Positions 28,692-38,883 of a DNA stretch of 64,000 bases are shown here, in pieces; within the stretch, counting starts at the first letter, position 1, and every line of letters begins with the position of its first letter. Under the pieces are notes generated by a model. It made no database searches. It was given only the letters and a program-made list of their open reading frames with translations, and was not told the origin of the DNA. The stretch lies in the NCBI GenBank assembly GCA_026387175.1, contig JAPLME010000008.1, forward strand, positions 13,091 through 77,090, given 5' to 3'. The stretch is from Candidatus Omnitrophota bacterium (GTDB lineage: Bacteria > Omnitrophota > Gorgyraeia > 2-01-FULL-45-10). Both the position numbers and the translations under genes were made by a program.

Positions 28692-29724
28692 TTTATTAAG
28701 ACAGGATAGCGAATGGCTTAAGGGCACCGGCCCCAACTCGGATATAGTGATGTCGTCGCGCACGCGTCTGGCGCGAAATATCGAAAAGGCGCCATTCTCC
28801 AACCATGCGAACCCGAAACAGCTTGAGGATGTGCTGAACCAGGTCAAGGACGCGGCCCTTTCCGTTAACTTTCTGAAGAACGCGACGTTCTTTCGTCTTA
28901 AGGACCTTAGCGAGGTGGACAGGCTCTTTCTGGTCGAGCGCCACCTGATGAGTCCTGAGCATGCCAGAGATGCGGAATATAAAGGCCTTATAGTGGATCC
29001 CAAAGAGATCGTAAGCATAATGATCAACGAGGAGGACCATTTAAGGATACAGATTTTACAGTCAGGCTTAAACCTGATGGAGTGCTGGAGGATAACGGAC
29101 GAATTAGATACGGAACTTTCTAAGAGGCTGCCATATGCCTACTCGCCGAAATGGGGATATCTTACGGCATGCCCAACCAATTCAGGAACGGGCTTAAGAG
29201 GGTCTGTGATGCTTCATCTTCCGGCCCTGGTCTTCGCCGGGCAGATAAATAAGATACTTCAGGCGATCGGGAAGCTTGGGCTTAATATCAGAGGGTTTTA
29301 CGGGGAAGGGACCGAGGCGACGGGAAATATATTCCAGGTATCCAATCAGGCCTCAATGGGAATGACCGAAGAAGATTTGATCGATAGCATAAACAAGATA
29401 ATAAACCAGACGGTCTACAGGGAGGAGATGACGAGGAAGTCGCTTATCCTGAAGAGTAAAGATGCCCTCACGGACCGTGTGTCGAGGGCTTACGGGACGT
29501 TAAAGAGCGCCCATATAATTTCGAGCAATGAGACGATAACGCTACTTTCCGCGATACGGCTGGGCATAGACCTTGGGGTGGTAAAAAATCTGGACAGAAG
29601 GATGATCAACGAACTTTTTATCCTGACCCAGCCGGCGCACCTGCAGAAGCTGGAAGGCAAGGCCCTGAACGCCAGTGAGCGCGACATAAAACGCGCGGAC
29701 CTGATTCGCGAAAAGATCAAATAA
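28675..29724 (+). CDS. mcsB: Protein arginine kinase McsB (ATP:guanido phosphotransferase)
   Basis: Phosphagen-kinase core (CPTNSGTGLRGSVMLHLPAL). It overlaps the mcsA stop. Confidence 0.85.
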   Translation: MITINDLLRQDSEWLKGTGPNSDIVMSSRTRLARNIEKAPFSNHANPKQLEDVLNQVKDAALSVNFLKNATFFRLKDLSEVDRLFLVERHLMSPEHARDAEYKGLIVDPKEIVSIMINEEDHLRIQILQSGLNLMECWRITDELDTELSKRLPYAYSPKWGYLTACPTNSGTGLRGSVMLHLPALVFAGQINKILQAIGKLGLNIRGFYGEGTEATGNIFQVSNQASMGMTEEDLIDSINKIINQTVYREEMTRKSLILKSKDALTDRVSRAYGTLKSAHIISSNETITLLSAIRLGIDLGVVKNLDRRMINELFILTQPAHLQKLEGKALNASERDIKRADLIREKIK

Positions 29725-29749
29725 TTTTTATTACGGAGGATAACTAAAG

Positions 29750-32179
29750 ATGCCGATGTTCAATCGTTTTACTGAGAGAGCCAGAAAAGTGATACTTCTA
29801 GCCAAAGAGGAAGCGAAGAGGTTCAATCATGACTATATAGGGACGGAACATATATTGCTGGGGCTGGTAAGGGAAGGCGAAGGAGTTGCCGCCGCGGTGC
29901 TGGCAACCTTCGGATTGAGCCCCGACAAGATAAGGCTGGAAGTCGAAAAGCTTGTGCAGCCCGGCCCCGCGACCGTTGTTTCAGGAGACCTTCCGTTCAC
30001 GCCCAAGGCTAAGAAGGTTATCGAGCTTGCCATAGATGAGGCCAGGTCATTAGGACATAATTACATCGGAACAGAGCATCTGCTGCTGGGGCTTATCAGG
30101 GAGGGGGAGGGAGTTGCCTCTCAAGTCCTGATGAACTTAGGGCTGGAGCTCGATAAGGTCAGAGAAGAAGTTATGAACCTGCTCGGCTCAGAGGTCCCGG
30201 GATATGAAATGGGACAGAAAGTTTCGCAGGCGAAGACCCCGGCCCTTGACGCATTTGGCCGCGACCTGACGAAGCTCGCCAAGGATGATAAACTCGATCC
30301 GGTCATCGGCAGAAAGAACGAAATAGAGCGCGTGATACAGATATTATCAAGGCGCACTAAAAATAATCCTGTACTACTGGGAGAGGCGGGAGTGGGAAAG
30401 ACCGCCATAGTCGAAGGGCTTGCCCTTAAGATAATAGCGGGAGAAGTGCCCGAGACGCTTAGAGAGAGACGTATAATTATACTTGATCTTGCGCTGATGG
30501 TTGCCGGAACGAAATACAGGGGCCAGTTCGAAGAGAGGATCAAGGCGGTGATGGACGAGATAAAGCGCTCTAAAGATATCATCATATTTATAGATGAGCT
30601 TCACACGCTTGTCGGAGCCGGCGGCGCGGAGGGAGCGATCGACGCGTCCAATATAATGAAGCCCGCGCTTTCAAGGGGCGAGATACAATGCATCGGCGCC
30701 ACCACGCTCGATGAATACAGGAAGCATATTGAAAAAGACGCGGCGCTCGAAAGACGGTTCCAGACGATCATGGTCGAACCGCCGAGTGTCGATGAAACCA
30801 TCGAGATATTAAAGGGCTTGCGCGACAGATACGAAGCTCATCACCGCGTAAAATTCACGGATGAGGCGATCGAGGCGGCGGCTAAGTTTTCAGACAGGTA
30901 TATAAGCGGTAGATATCTGCCGGACAAGGCCATAGATCTCATAGATGAGGCCGGCGCCAGAGCGCGTTTATCGGTTATGACGGCTCCGCCGGACGTTAAG
31001 CATATCGAGGAGAAGGCTGAGAAGGTGCATCAGGAAAAGGAGGCCGCTGTAAAGAATCAGGACTTTGAGAAGGCGGCCAAGTTCAGGGACGAGGAGAGGA
31101 AGATCAAGGATGAATTAAATAAGACGAAGAGGGAGTGGAAAGAGTCTAAAGGAAAATTTGAGCCGAAGGTGGTCGGCGATGATATAGCGGTGATAGTCTC
31201 TAAGATAACCGGCATACCTATAGTCAGGATGGAGGAGAAGGAGCAGGATAAATTTCTCAAGATGGAAGAGATACTTCATAAACGCGTTATAGGCCAGGAC
31301 GAGGCCATATCGGCGATAGCTCATGCCGTGAGACGTTCACGCGCCGGTATCAAAGATCCGAGAAGGCCTATAGGCTCTTTCGTATTTCTTGGCCCGACCG
31401 GTGTCGGCAAGACTTTAGTCGGGCGCGCCCTCGCGGAGTTCATGTTCGGCGACGAAGACGCTATCATACAGATAGATATGTCCGAGTATATGGAGAAGTT
31501 CAATGTCTCAAGGCTCGTCGGAGCGCCTCCCGGATATGTCGGATATGAGGAGGGCGGGCAGCTGACTGAAAAAGTGAGGAGAAGGCCCTATTCCGTGGTG
31601 CTGCTGGACGAGATAGAAAAGGCTCATCCCGACGTATTCAATTTACTTCTGCAGATGCTCGAGGAAGGCCGTCTTACCGATTCTTTCGGCAGGAAGGTTG
31701 ATTTTAAGAATACCATTATCATCATGACTTCAAATATAGGCGCTGAGATGCTGAAGAAACAGGGCTCTATAGGGTTTAAGTCTCAGGCCGAGGATGTGAC
31801 ATACCAGTCGATGAAAGAGAGGCTTCTGGACGAAGTCAAGAAAGCATTTAAACCCGAATTCCTGAACAGGGTCGATGACATAATAGTCTTCAGGTCGCTC
31901 ACGAAAGAGGACCTCATCCGGATCGTCGAGCTTGAGGTAAAGGATGTCGAATCGCGCTTGAAAGAACAGCACATCACGATAGAGCTGACCCAGGAAGCAA
32001 AAGAGTTCCTTATCGAGAAAGGATTCGACAGAAATTTTGGCGCTCGCCCGTTAAAGAGGACGATACAGCGTTTTCTGGAAGATCCCATGGCCGAAGAGAT
32101 AATAAAAGGCACGTTCAAGAAGGGCGGTAATGTTAAAATATCCGCGAAGGTGGACCATCTGGTATTTGACTTAAGCTGA
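29750..32179 (+). CDS. clpC: ATP-dependent Clp protease ATP-binding subunit ClpC
   Basis: Clp N-domain repeats, two AAA+ modules ([18 protein letters not shown]) and a UVR-like middle domain. Confidence 0.9.
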   Translation: MPMFNRFTERARKVILLAKEEAKRFNHDYIGTEHILLGLVREGEGVAAAVLATFGLSPDKIRLEVEKLVQPGPATVVSGDLPFTPKAKKVIELAIDEARSLGHNYIGTEHLLLGLIREGEGVASQVLMNLGLELDKVREEVMNLLGSEVPGYEMGQKVSQAKTPALDAFGRDLTKLAKDDKLDPVIGRKNEIERVIQILSRRTKNNPVLLGEAGVGKTAIVEGLALKIIAGEVPETLRERRIIILDLALMVAGTKYRGQFEERIKAVMDEIKRSKDIIIFIDELHTLVGAGGAEGAIDASNIMKPALSRGEIQCIGATTLDEYRKHIEKDAALERRFQTIMVEPPSVDETIEILKGLRDRYEAHHRVKFTDEAIEAAAKFSDRYISGRYLPDKAIDLIDEAGARARLSVMTAPPDVKHIEEKAEKVHQEKEAAVKNQDFEKAAKFRDEERKIKDELNKTKREWKESKGKFEPKVVGDDIAVIVSKITGIPIVRMEEKEQDKFLKMEEILHKRVIGQDEAISAIAHAVRRSRAGIKDPRRPIGSFVFLGPTGVGKTLVGRALAEFMFGDEDAIIQIDMSEYMEKFNVSRLVGAPPGYVGYEEGGQLTEKVRRRPYSVVLLDEIEKAHPDVFNLLLQMLEEGRLTDSFGRKVDFKNTIIIMTSNIGAEMLKKQGSIGFKSQAEDVTYQSMKERLLDEVKKAFKPEFLNRVDDIIVFRSLTKEDLIRIVELEVKDVESRLKEQHITIELTQEAKEFLIEKGFDRNFGARPLKRTIQRFLEDPMAEEIIKGTFKKGGNVKISAKVDHLVFDLS

Positions 32180-32188
32180 AGCAGGTAG

Positions 32189-33658
32189 TTGCTCATGCGC
32201 CATATAAGAACAAGAAGACGCTACAAGGTAATCTTAATACTGCTCTGTATTATATGCTTTACTGTATTCGTTGAAAACAGAGTCGAGGATCTGATCCCTC
32301 AGCTGAAGAGCCTTGCGGAAGCTAAGGTTGAAGACGCCCTCGGAGGCAAGGCCAGCTTCTCCATCGGATCGATAGACGGAGGCATAATTCATCCTATAGT
32401 GCTGAACGATATACGGATAAAGCGGATGGACGCTTCACAATTCGCTCAGAGTTTTGCGATAGACAGCATACGTACCAACTATTATATTAAAGACGTCATA
32501 AGGGCAGTGAGCGGTTCGGAGTTGTCGCCGCTTCTGGATAAAAATTCCACGACGTATGTGAAGTTCTCGGTTAAGAACGGCGACGTAAAAGGGTTCGTCG
32601 GGTTACATGGAGACCTCAGCGATTCGAGGATCGACGGGTACCTGACCCTGTTTCACGATGATAGGATAAATTTCAGCGGTTACATAAAGAATGGTAAATT
32701 CTACGCGGAGATCAAGCCCGGCAGACCCGGCATGGGATCGGTCAGGGCATTCGGAACCATATCTGCCGATAGCACGTTTATAGTGAATTTTAAATTTGAC
32801 CACTTGAAGGTATCCGGGTTCGATATAGCCTGCGATGCCGTTTTAAAGAATGAATTTATAAAAAATTCAGATACGAATGCTTTGGACCGTATAGAGGGCG
32901 AGTTTGAAGCTCATAATCTGATATTGAACTTTAAGCCGTTTATCGATATCAAGACAAGCTATAAGATCATGCGCGATTCTGTCGAGGTGACAGACCTTAG
33001 TCTTGGAGAGGTATTTAAGGCTTATGGAAAAATCTCTCTGAAGAATCCGAGAGATATGGAGCTGACGCTTTTGGCCAATAATGTCAGCTTAAGCTGGCTC
33101 ATGCTGACATTCGGCAAGAAAGAGGCGACATCGGCGCTTACCGGCACAATGAGCGGCAAATTTGAGCTCAAGGGGCCCCTCAGGAAGGTGAAGGTGACCT
33201 CCCATTTCGATATAAAAGGCGGAACGATAGGGGGCCTCAATTTCGATTATATGACAGCAACCCTGAACGGCGAACTTCCGTTTTTAAAGATAGAGGATTC
33301 CAGGATAACCAGAAATAGCGGATACTTTGCTCTCGCGGGCGAGCTTGATTTAAGGCGTCTCGGTAAGGATAATATGTTCGATAACGTAAAACTTGTCACC
33401 GATGATACGGCGATAACCTGGGACGAATGGAATTCAACGAAGAACAAAGACGGCCAGGAGCTTAATATGAAGAAGAATCTGGTCGGGCATTTCGGTTTTG
33501 GGTATAAAAAATTCGTAAAAGAGGATAAAATAGACGAGTCTCTCAGGGATTCGGATGAGGTGCATTTTGATTACAATCTGCAGGCCAATGACAGTATCAA
33601 GGTCACGGTAGGGCAGGATAAAGATTTTTTCGGTTTCGAACATAAGGACAAATTTTAA
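32189..33658 (+). CDS. Hypothetical membrane-anchored, beta-rich protein, possibly AsmA/TamB-like, upstream of mlaEFD.
   Basis: N-terminal signal anchor followed by a repetitive beta-strand-rich sequence. Its position next to the Mla genes is the only functional hint. Confidence 0.45.
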   Translation: MLMRHIRTRRRYKVILILLCIICFTVFVENRVEDLIPQLKSLAEAKVEDALGGKASFSIGSIDGGIIHPIVLNDIRIKRMDASQFAQSFAIDSIRTNYYIKDVIRAVSGSELSPLLDKNSTTYVKFSVKNGDVKGFVGLHGDLSDSRIDGYLTLFHDDRINFSGYIKNGKFYAEIKPGRPGMGSVRAFGTISADSTFIVNFKFDHLKVSGFDIACDAVLKNEFIKNSDTNALDRIEGEFEAHNLILNFKPFIDIKTSYKIMRDSVEVTDLSLGEVFKAYGKISLKNPRDMELTLLANNVSLSWLMLTFGKKEATSALTGTMSGKFELKGPLRKVKVTSHFDIKGGTIGGLNFDYMTATLNGELPFLKIEDSRITRNSGYFALAGELDLRRLGKDNMFDNVKLVTDDTAITWDEWNSTKNKDGQELNMKKNLVGHFGFGYKKFVKEDKIDESLRDSDEVHFDYNLQANDSIKVTVGQDKDFFGFEHKDKF

Positions 33659-33660
33659 AG

Positions 33661-34464
33661 ATGAAAAATATTATGTCGAAAGCATCGGGATTTACCGGAA
33701 TGCTGGGCCGCAGGTTCCTGAATATGATAAGGTACGCCGGCGGCGTATCGGTGCTTATGGGGCAGACGCTCTTCTGGATCCCGATACCTCCATTGAGGCT
33801 ACGCCATATAGTGGAGCAGATGTCCAGGATCGGCGTGGACTCTCTCCCGATAGTTTCAATGATAAGCCTTTTCACCGGTATGGTGCTTGCGCTTCAGAGC
33901 GCGTATCAGCTTCAACGTTTTGCGGCCGAGATGTATGTGGCTTCGCTGGTCGCGTTTTCGATGACCAGGGAGCTGGCGCCCGTCCTGACGGCGCTTATCA
34001 TAGCGGGAAGGGTCGGAGCGTCGATCACCGCGGAGCTTGGCACCATGAAGGTGACGGAACAGATAGACGCGCTCGAAACTCTGGCGACAAATCCTGTAAA
34101 GTACCTTGTCGTGCCGCGTTTTATGGCCCTTGTGATAACGGCGCCGATCCTTACTTTGTATGCTGACTTCATCGGTATTGTCGGCGGATACCTGGTAGGT
34201 GTATACAAGCTCGGAGTATCTCATGCCATGTATATGAAGAATACGTGGGATCCGCTGAAATATAAAGATATATGGACGGGGCTCGTGAAGAGCCTTGTCT
34301 TCGCGATAATAATTTGCATAGTGGCCTGCTATGAAGGTATGAAGACCGAAGGAGGGGCTGAAGGCGTGGGCCGGGCCACTACGGCGAGCGTCGTCGTAAG
34401 CTTCATATTGATAATAGCGTCCGACTGTTTCATGACGGCGCTTTTCTATTTTATCGGAAGGTAA
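33661..34464 (+). CDS. mlaE: Phospholipid ABC transporter permease MlaE
   Basis: MlaE/Ttg2B signature (ELAPVLTALIIAGRVGASITAELGTMKVTEQIDAL). Confidence 0.85.
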   Translation: MKNIMSKASGFTGMLGRRFLNMIRYAGGVSVLMGQTLFWIPIPPLRLRHIVEQMSRIGVDSLPIVSMISLFTGMVLALQSAYQLQRFAAEMYVASLVAFSMTRELAPVLTALIIAGRVGASITAELGTMKVTEQIDALETLATNPVKYLVVPRFMALVITAPILTLYADFIGIVGGYLVGVYKLGVSHAMYMKNTWDPLKYKDIWTGLVKSLVFAIIICIVACYEGMKTEGGAEGVGRATTASVVVSFILIIASDCFMTALFYFIGR

Positions 34465-34474
34465 TGCGGGAAAT

Positions 34475-35233
34475 ATGATAGAGATAAAAAACGTTCACAG
34501 GTCTTTCGACGGCAATCAGGTGCTGGATGGCGTAAACCTTACTATAAATACGGGGGAGACGACCGTAATCATAGGGCGCTCGGGTTGCGGTAAGAGCGTG
34601 CTCTTAAAGCATATCATAGGGCTTCTCAAGCCCGACTCGGGTCAGATATTGGTTAACGGTAAAGATGTGACGAAGATGGACGATAAAGAGCTTAGCGCCT
34701 TGCGTATGAAGTTCGGAATGTTATTTCAGGGCGCCGCGCTATTCGATTCACTGAACATATTTGAGAATGTGGCCTTCTCAATGATCGAACATACCACCAC
34801 CGACCGCGAGACTATGAGAAAAAGGGTGAAAGAGTGCCTTGCGCTTGTCGGCCTTAAGGGGATAGAGGCTAAGAAACCTGCCGAACTTTCCGGAGGCATG
34901 CGTAAAAGGGTGGGGCTGGCGCGCGCTATTGCCAGATGGCCGCAGATAATGCTCTACGATGAACCGACCACCGGCGTCGACCCGATAATGGGAGACGCGA
35001 TAAACGACCTGATAGTGGATCTTCATAATAAACTGAAGGTAACGTCGATCGCCGTTACGCACGATATGACGAGCGCTTACAAGATAGCGGACAGGATAGC
35101 GATGTTGTACAAAGGCAAGATAATAGTTGTCGGTACCCCGGAAGAGATCAAGAACACTAAGGACCCGGTAGTAAAACAATTCATTACCGGCGCCAGTAAA
35201 GGGCCTATAACTGAAGGTATGGATTTCGATTAA
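34475..35233 (+). CDS. mlaF: Phospholipid ABC transporter ATPase MlaF
   Basis: Walker A GRSGCGKS, signature LSGGMRKRV, Walker B LYDEPT. Confidence 0.85.
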   Translation: MIEIKNVHRSFDGNQVLDGVNLTINTGETTVIIGRSGCGKSVLLKHIIGLLKPDSGQILVNGKDVTKMDDKELSALRMKFGMLFQGAALFDSLNIFENVAFSMIEHTTTDRETMRKRVKECLALVGLKGIEAKKPAELSGGMRKRVGLARAIARWPQIMLYDEPTTGVDPIMGDAINDLIVDLHNKLKVTSIAVTHDMTSAYKIADRIAMLYKGKIIVVGTPEEIKNTKDPVVKQFITGASKGPITEGMDFD

Positions 35234-35278
35234 CCGATTTCGTACCATTTAAAAGAGAGGTAAAATTCGGAGGTATTA

Positions 35279-35950
35279 ATGGAGACGACGAAGGCATTTG
35301 AAATTAAGGTGGGCGCGTTCATACTAGCGGGCGTCGTGATAGGATTTCTGATAATTTTTTCGATCGGCGACATCAACCTGTCGAAAACAGGTTATAAGAT
35401 AGCCGTGAAATTCGATTTCGCGAGCGGTATAGGGGCCGCGGCTCCTGTAAGGCTCTCCGGAGTCGGCGTGGGCAGGGTGGACGGCGTGAATGTTGTATAT
35501 AGCGATAAGGAAAAAAAGTCATATGCCGAGGTGCGCGCCTGGATACAATCTGACGCGAGGATCGAAGAGGACGCCAAGATCACTATAAATACGCTCGGCC
35601 TCCTTGGCGAAAAATATCTTGAGATATACCCCGGCACACCGGGCGCGAGCCTTGTGAAAGACGGGGCTGTCCTCGTAGGGCAGAATCCGGTAGTCATGGA
35701 AAAACTTACGGAGAATCTGGTGGATCTCTCAAATTCCGTAACAACTATAGTGAAGCGCCTTGAAAACGGCGAGGGCACGATAGGTAAGCTTTTAGTCGAG
35801 GATGGAGTTTATAATGATCTGCGATCGATCATGGGTAACGTTAAAGATTTCAGCAGTGATCTTAAATCTACGGGTACGAATTTTAAAGATTTCAGCGAAG
35901 ATCTTAAGAAACACCCCTGGAAGCTGTTAGCGAGGCCAAGGGGAGAATAA
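35279..35950 (+). CDS. mlaD: MCE-domain protein MlaD
   Basis: N-terminal TM helix followed by an MCE domain (AAPVRLSGVGVGRVDGV). Confidence 0.8.
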   Translation: METTKAFEIKVGAFILAGVVIGFLIIFSIGDINLSKTGYKIAVKFDFASGIGAAAPVRLSGVGVGRVDGVNVVYSDKEKKSYAEVRAWIQSDARIEEDAKITINTLGLLGEKYLEIYPGTPGASLVKDGAVLVGQNPVVMEKLTENLVDLSNSVTTIVKRLENGEGTIGKLLVEDGVYNDLRSIMGNVKDFSSDLKSTGTNFKDFSEDLKKHPWKLLARPRGE

Positions 35951-35952
35951 GG

Positions 35953-35973
35953 GCCGATGTCAGAGACATCGGC
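35953..35973. terminator. Perfect hairpin GCCGATGTC-aga-GACATCGGC immediately after the mlaD stop.
   Basis: A 9-bp perfect stem was read from the sequence. There is no T-run after it, so this may be an attenuator or an RNA-processing site rather than an intrinsic terminator. Confidence 0.3.
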
Positions 35974-36012
35974 ACTTAGCTTGTAATACGGCTGAATAAA
36001 CTAGGAGAGAGC

Positions 36013-37038
36013 ATGACGATAACATTTTTAAGGTTATTCTTTGTATTCTTGAGCTGTATAGTAGGTTATTATGTAGGGTCTCTGTTAACAGGTTTTAGCG
36101 CCAAAGGCTCTTATATGGGCGCCAGTATGGGAGGATTCGGCTCTCTCGCGATAATTCTGCTGGAGCTGGGCATGAAAAGGCTTTCGATAAGGAACCTTTC
36201 CGCTGCGGTCTTTGGACTCATCTTCGGGTTCTTCATGGCGTGGATCGTGACAAGCGTGCTTCGTCTTATCCCGATGTCGATAGAACTATTCGCATCGCTG
36301 CAGATAATAATGATATTAATCTTTTGCTATCTGGGTATGGTGATCGCGATGAGAGGGAAGGATGAATTCAATCTGATCATACCCTATGTCAAATTTGTGA
36401 GGCAGGATAAGAAAGACGATATAATTCTTTTGGATACAAGTGTTATTATTGACGGCAGGGCTGCCGACATGCTGCATACTAAATTCATCGAGGGCAGGCT
36501 GGTTATCCCGCGTTTTGTTCTGAGGGAGCTTCAGCAGATAGCCGATTCGCAGGATGCCTTGAAGCGTAACCGGGGGCGCCGAGGCCTCGATATATTGAAT
36601 AAGCTGCAGAAGTCCACTGATTTCGATGTGCGTATCCAGGAAGAGGATTTTCCTGATGTAAAAGAAGTAGATGCGAAGCTCGTTAAATTGGCGAAGCTTC
36701 TTGGAGCCAAAGTATTGACCAACGATTTCAACCTGAATAAGGTTGCTGAACTGCAGGGCGTGACTGTGCTGAATATAAATGAGCTTGCCAATGCCCTGAG
36801 GCCGGTGGTGCTGCCGGGTGAGGTGATGGAAGTCAGGATCAGCAAAGAAGGCAAGGAGCATAACCAGGGCATCGCTTACCTCGATGACGGCACTATGATC
36901 GTGATCGATAACTCCAAACATTTAATATCTCAGTCTGTCAATGTCGTTGTTACGAGCGTGCTTCAGACCTCCGCCGGTAGAATGATATTCGCGAAACTTG
37001 AAGATCCAGCAAAGGCCGGCAGCGGAAAGCAGAGATGA
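36013..37038 (+). CDS. yacL: PIN/TRAM-domain membrane protein YacL
   Basis: N-terminal TM helices, a PIN domain (ILLDTSVIIDGR) and a C-terminal TRAM-like domain. Confidence 0.75.
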   Translation: MTITFLRLFFVFLSCIVGYYVGSLLTGFSAKGSYMGASMGGFGSLAIILLELGMKRLSIRNLSAAVFGLIFGFFMAWIVTSVLRLIPMSIELFASLQIIMILIFCYLGMVIAMRGKDEFNLIIPYVKFVRQDKKDDIILLDTSVIIDGRAADMLHTKFIEGRLVIPRFVLRELQQIADSQDALKRNRGRRGLDILNKLQKSTDFDVRIQEEDFPDVKEVDAKLVKLAKLLGAKVLTNDFNLNKVAELQGVTVLNINELANALRPVVLPGEVMEVRISKEGKEHNQGIAYLDDGTMIVIDNSKHLISQSVNVVVTSVLQTSAGRMIFAKLEDPAKAGSGKQR

Positions 37039-37712
37039 GCTTAGCTCGGACGGTAGCGATAGTACCGGCTGCCGGTTACGGCAGCCGACTGGCCCTCAAG
37101 ACCAAGAAACCTTTTGTTCTTCTGAAGGGAAAGCCCATTATAGCGCATACGCTCGAAGCGCTCGAAAGATGTAAGGCGGTAGATGAGATTGTAATAGCCT
37201 CCGAATCGTCCTGTGTTGGTAGATTCAAGGACCTGGTTAGAAGATACCGTTTCGGCAAAGTGAGCGGTATCGTCATTGGCGGCAAGACGCGCTTCGAATC
37301 CGTGAAAAATTGCCTGATGAAGATAGGCCCCTCATTTGATATAGTGATAGTTCATGATGGCGCGCGGCCGTTCGTAGATGATACCGCTATCTCCGAATCA
37401 GTAAGGCTGGCTCGAAAGTTCGGCGCCTGCATTGTGGGGACGCCTGAGACCGACACGGTCAAGCTTGTTGACAAGAGGCTTTTTATAAAGAAGACGCTTA
37501 ATAGAAACAGAATATTCCGCGCCGAGACGCCGCAAGTTTTTAAATATGACATCATAAAAAAAGCTTACGCGACTACGGATAAGGCCAAAATAACAGACGA
37601 CGCTGGCCTTGTGGAGCATTTAGGAATGCCGGTTAAAATCTTAATCGGAACGCGTAATAACATGAAGATCACCACGAAAGAGGACTTGAGATTAGCGGAG
37701 GCGCTATTATGA
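37035..37712 (+). CDS. ispD: 2-C-methyl-D-erythritol 4-phosphate cytidylyltransferase IspD
   Basis: VAIVPAAGYGSRL nucleotide-binding motif. It is followed by ispF with overlapping stop and start codons. Confidence 0.85.
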   Translation: MSLARTVAIVPAAGYGSRLALKTKKPFVLLKGKPIIAHTLEALERCKAVDEIVIASESSCVGRFKDLVRRYRFGKVSGIVIGGKTRFESVKNCLMKIGPSFDIVIVHDGARPFVDDTAISESVRLARKFGACIVGTPETDTVKLVDKRLFIKKTLNRNRIFRAETPQVFKYDIIKKAYATTDKAKITDDAGLVEHLGMPVKILIGTRNNMKITTKEDLRLAEALL

Positions 37713-38185
37713 GGGTCGGCATAGGTTACGATATACACAGGCTGGTCGAGGAACGGAAACTTTTTCTGGGGGGAGTTGAAATACCGTATATTAAGGGGCT
37801 TCTGGGATATTCGGACGGTGATGTCGTTATGCACGCGATAGCGGACGCGATGCTGGGCGCTCTTGCCCTCGGCGATATAGGGCAGCATTTTCCCAATACC
37901 GATCCCAAATACAAGGGCATATCCAGCGGTGAACTGGTTAAAAAAGTGCTTATAATGGTTAAAGAGAAAAACTTTGTGGTGAATAACGTTGACACTATGA
38001 TACTTGCCGAAGAGCCGAAGGTATTTCCGTTCAGAGACAGGATGGTCGAGGTATTATCAGCAGTATTGGGTGTCGCTAAAGATAGGATTAACATAAAAGC
38101 AACTACCGCCGAAGGCGTCGGCGCGATAGGCAAAGGCGAAGCGATATCCGCATATGCCGTAGTGACACTGGAAGAGAAGGAGTGA
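37709..38185 (+). CDS. ispF: 2-C-methyl-D-erythritol 2,4-cyclodiphosphate synthase IspF
   Basis: [11 protein letters not shown]...[19 protein letters not shown] is the IspF core. Confidence 0.9.
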   Translation: MRVGIGYDIHRLVEERKLFLGGVEIPYIKGLLGYSDGDVVMHAIADAMLGALALGDIGQHFPNTDPKYKGISSGELVKKVLIMVKEKNFVVNNVDTMILAEEPKVFPFRDRMVEVLSAVLGVAKDRINIKATTAEGVGAIGKGEAISAYAVVTLEEKE

Positions 38186-38189
38186 CAAT

Positions 38190-38876
38190 ATGACCGTATG
38201 CATACATGTGGTATTTAATATTCTGCTGATCTTTGTCGCGTTCTGGGCCATTATCGCGATATCTTTTCGCGGAGAGATAAAGGCCGTTTTCGATCGCGAT
38301 CCCGCGGCGGTTAATTTTCTCGAGGTACTGCTAACGTATTCGGGCCTTCACGCGATAATCTTCTACAGGATAGCCCACTCGCTCCGGCGATTTAAAATAC
38401 CGTTCTTCCCGAGGTGGCTGTCTCAAGTAGGGAAGTTCTTTACCGGTATCGAAATACATCCCGGCGCCGAAATAGGCAGCGGGTTCTTCATCGACCACGG
38501 CATGGGCGTGGTCATAGGCGAGACTACGGTGATAGGTGATAACGTGCTTCTATACCAGGGCGTTACGCTCGGGGGAACTGGCTTGCAGAAAGGCAAGAGA
38601 CATCCCACTATCGGGAATAACGTTGTCATAGGCGCGGGCGCCAAAGTCCTCGGCAATATAACTATAGGTGATAGCTCATATATCGGAGCGAACGCGGTTG
38701 TCATTAGAGATGTGCCGCCCAACTCTACGGTAGTGGGAGTGCCCGGACGCGTTACGAAACAGGACGGAAAAAAGCTGGATGTGAGCCTTGACCACATGCA
38801 TGTGCTCGATCCGATACTTCAGGAGATAGACGAGCTTAAGAAGAAGATCGAAACGTTGGAGAAGAGGGGAGATTAA
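38190..38876 (+). CDS. cysE: Serine O-acetyltransferase CysE
   Basis: Left-handed beta-helix hexapeptide repeats carrying the CysE signature ([31 protein letters not shown]). Confidence 0.85.
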   Translation: MTVCIHVVFNILLIFVAFWAIIAISFRGEIKAVFDRDPAAVNFLEVLLTYSGLHAIIFYRIAHSLRRFKIPFFPRWLSQVGKFFTGIEIHPGAEIGSGFFIDHGMGVVIGETTVIGDNVLLYQGVTLGGTGLQKGKRHPTIGNNVVIGAGAKVLGNITIGDSSYIGANAVVIRDVPPNSTVVGVPGRVTKQDGKKLDVSLDHMHVLDPILQEIDELKKKIETLEKRGD

Positions 38877-38883
38877 GCGCGCC

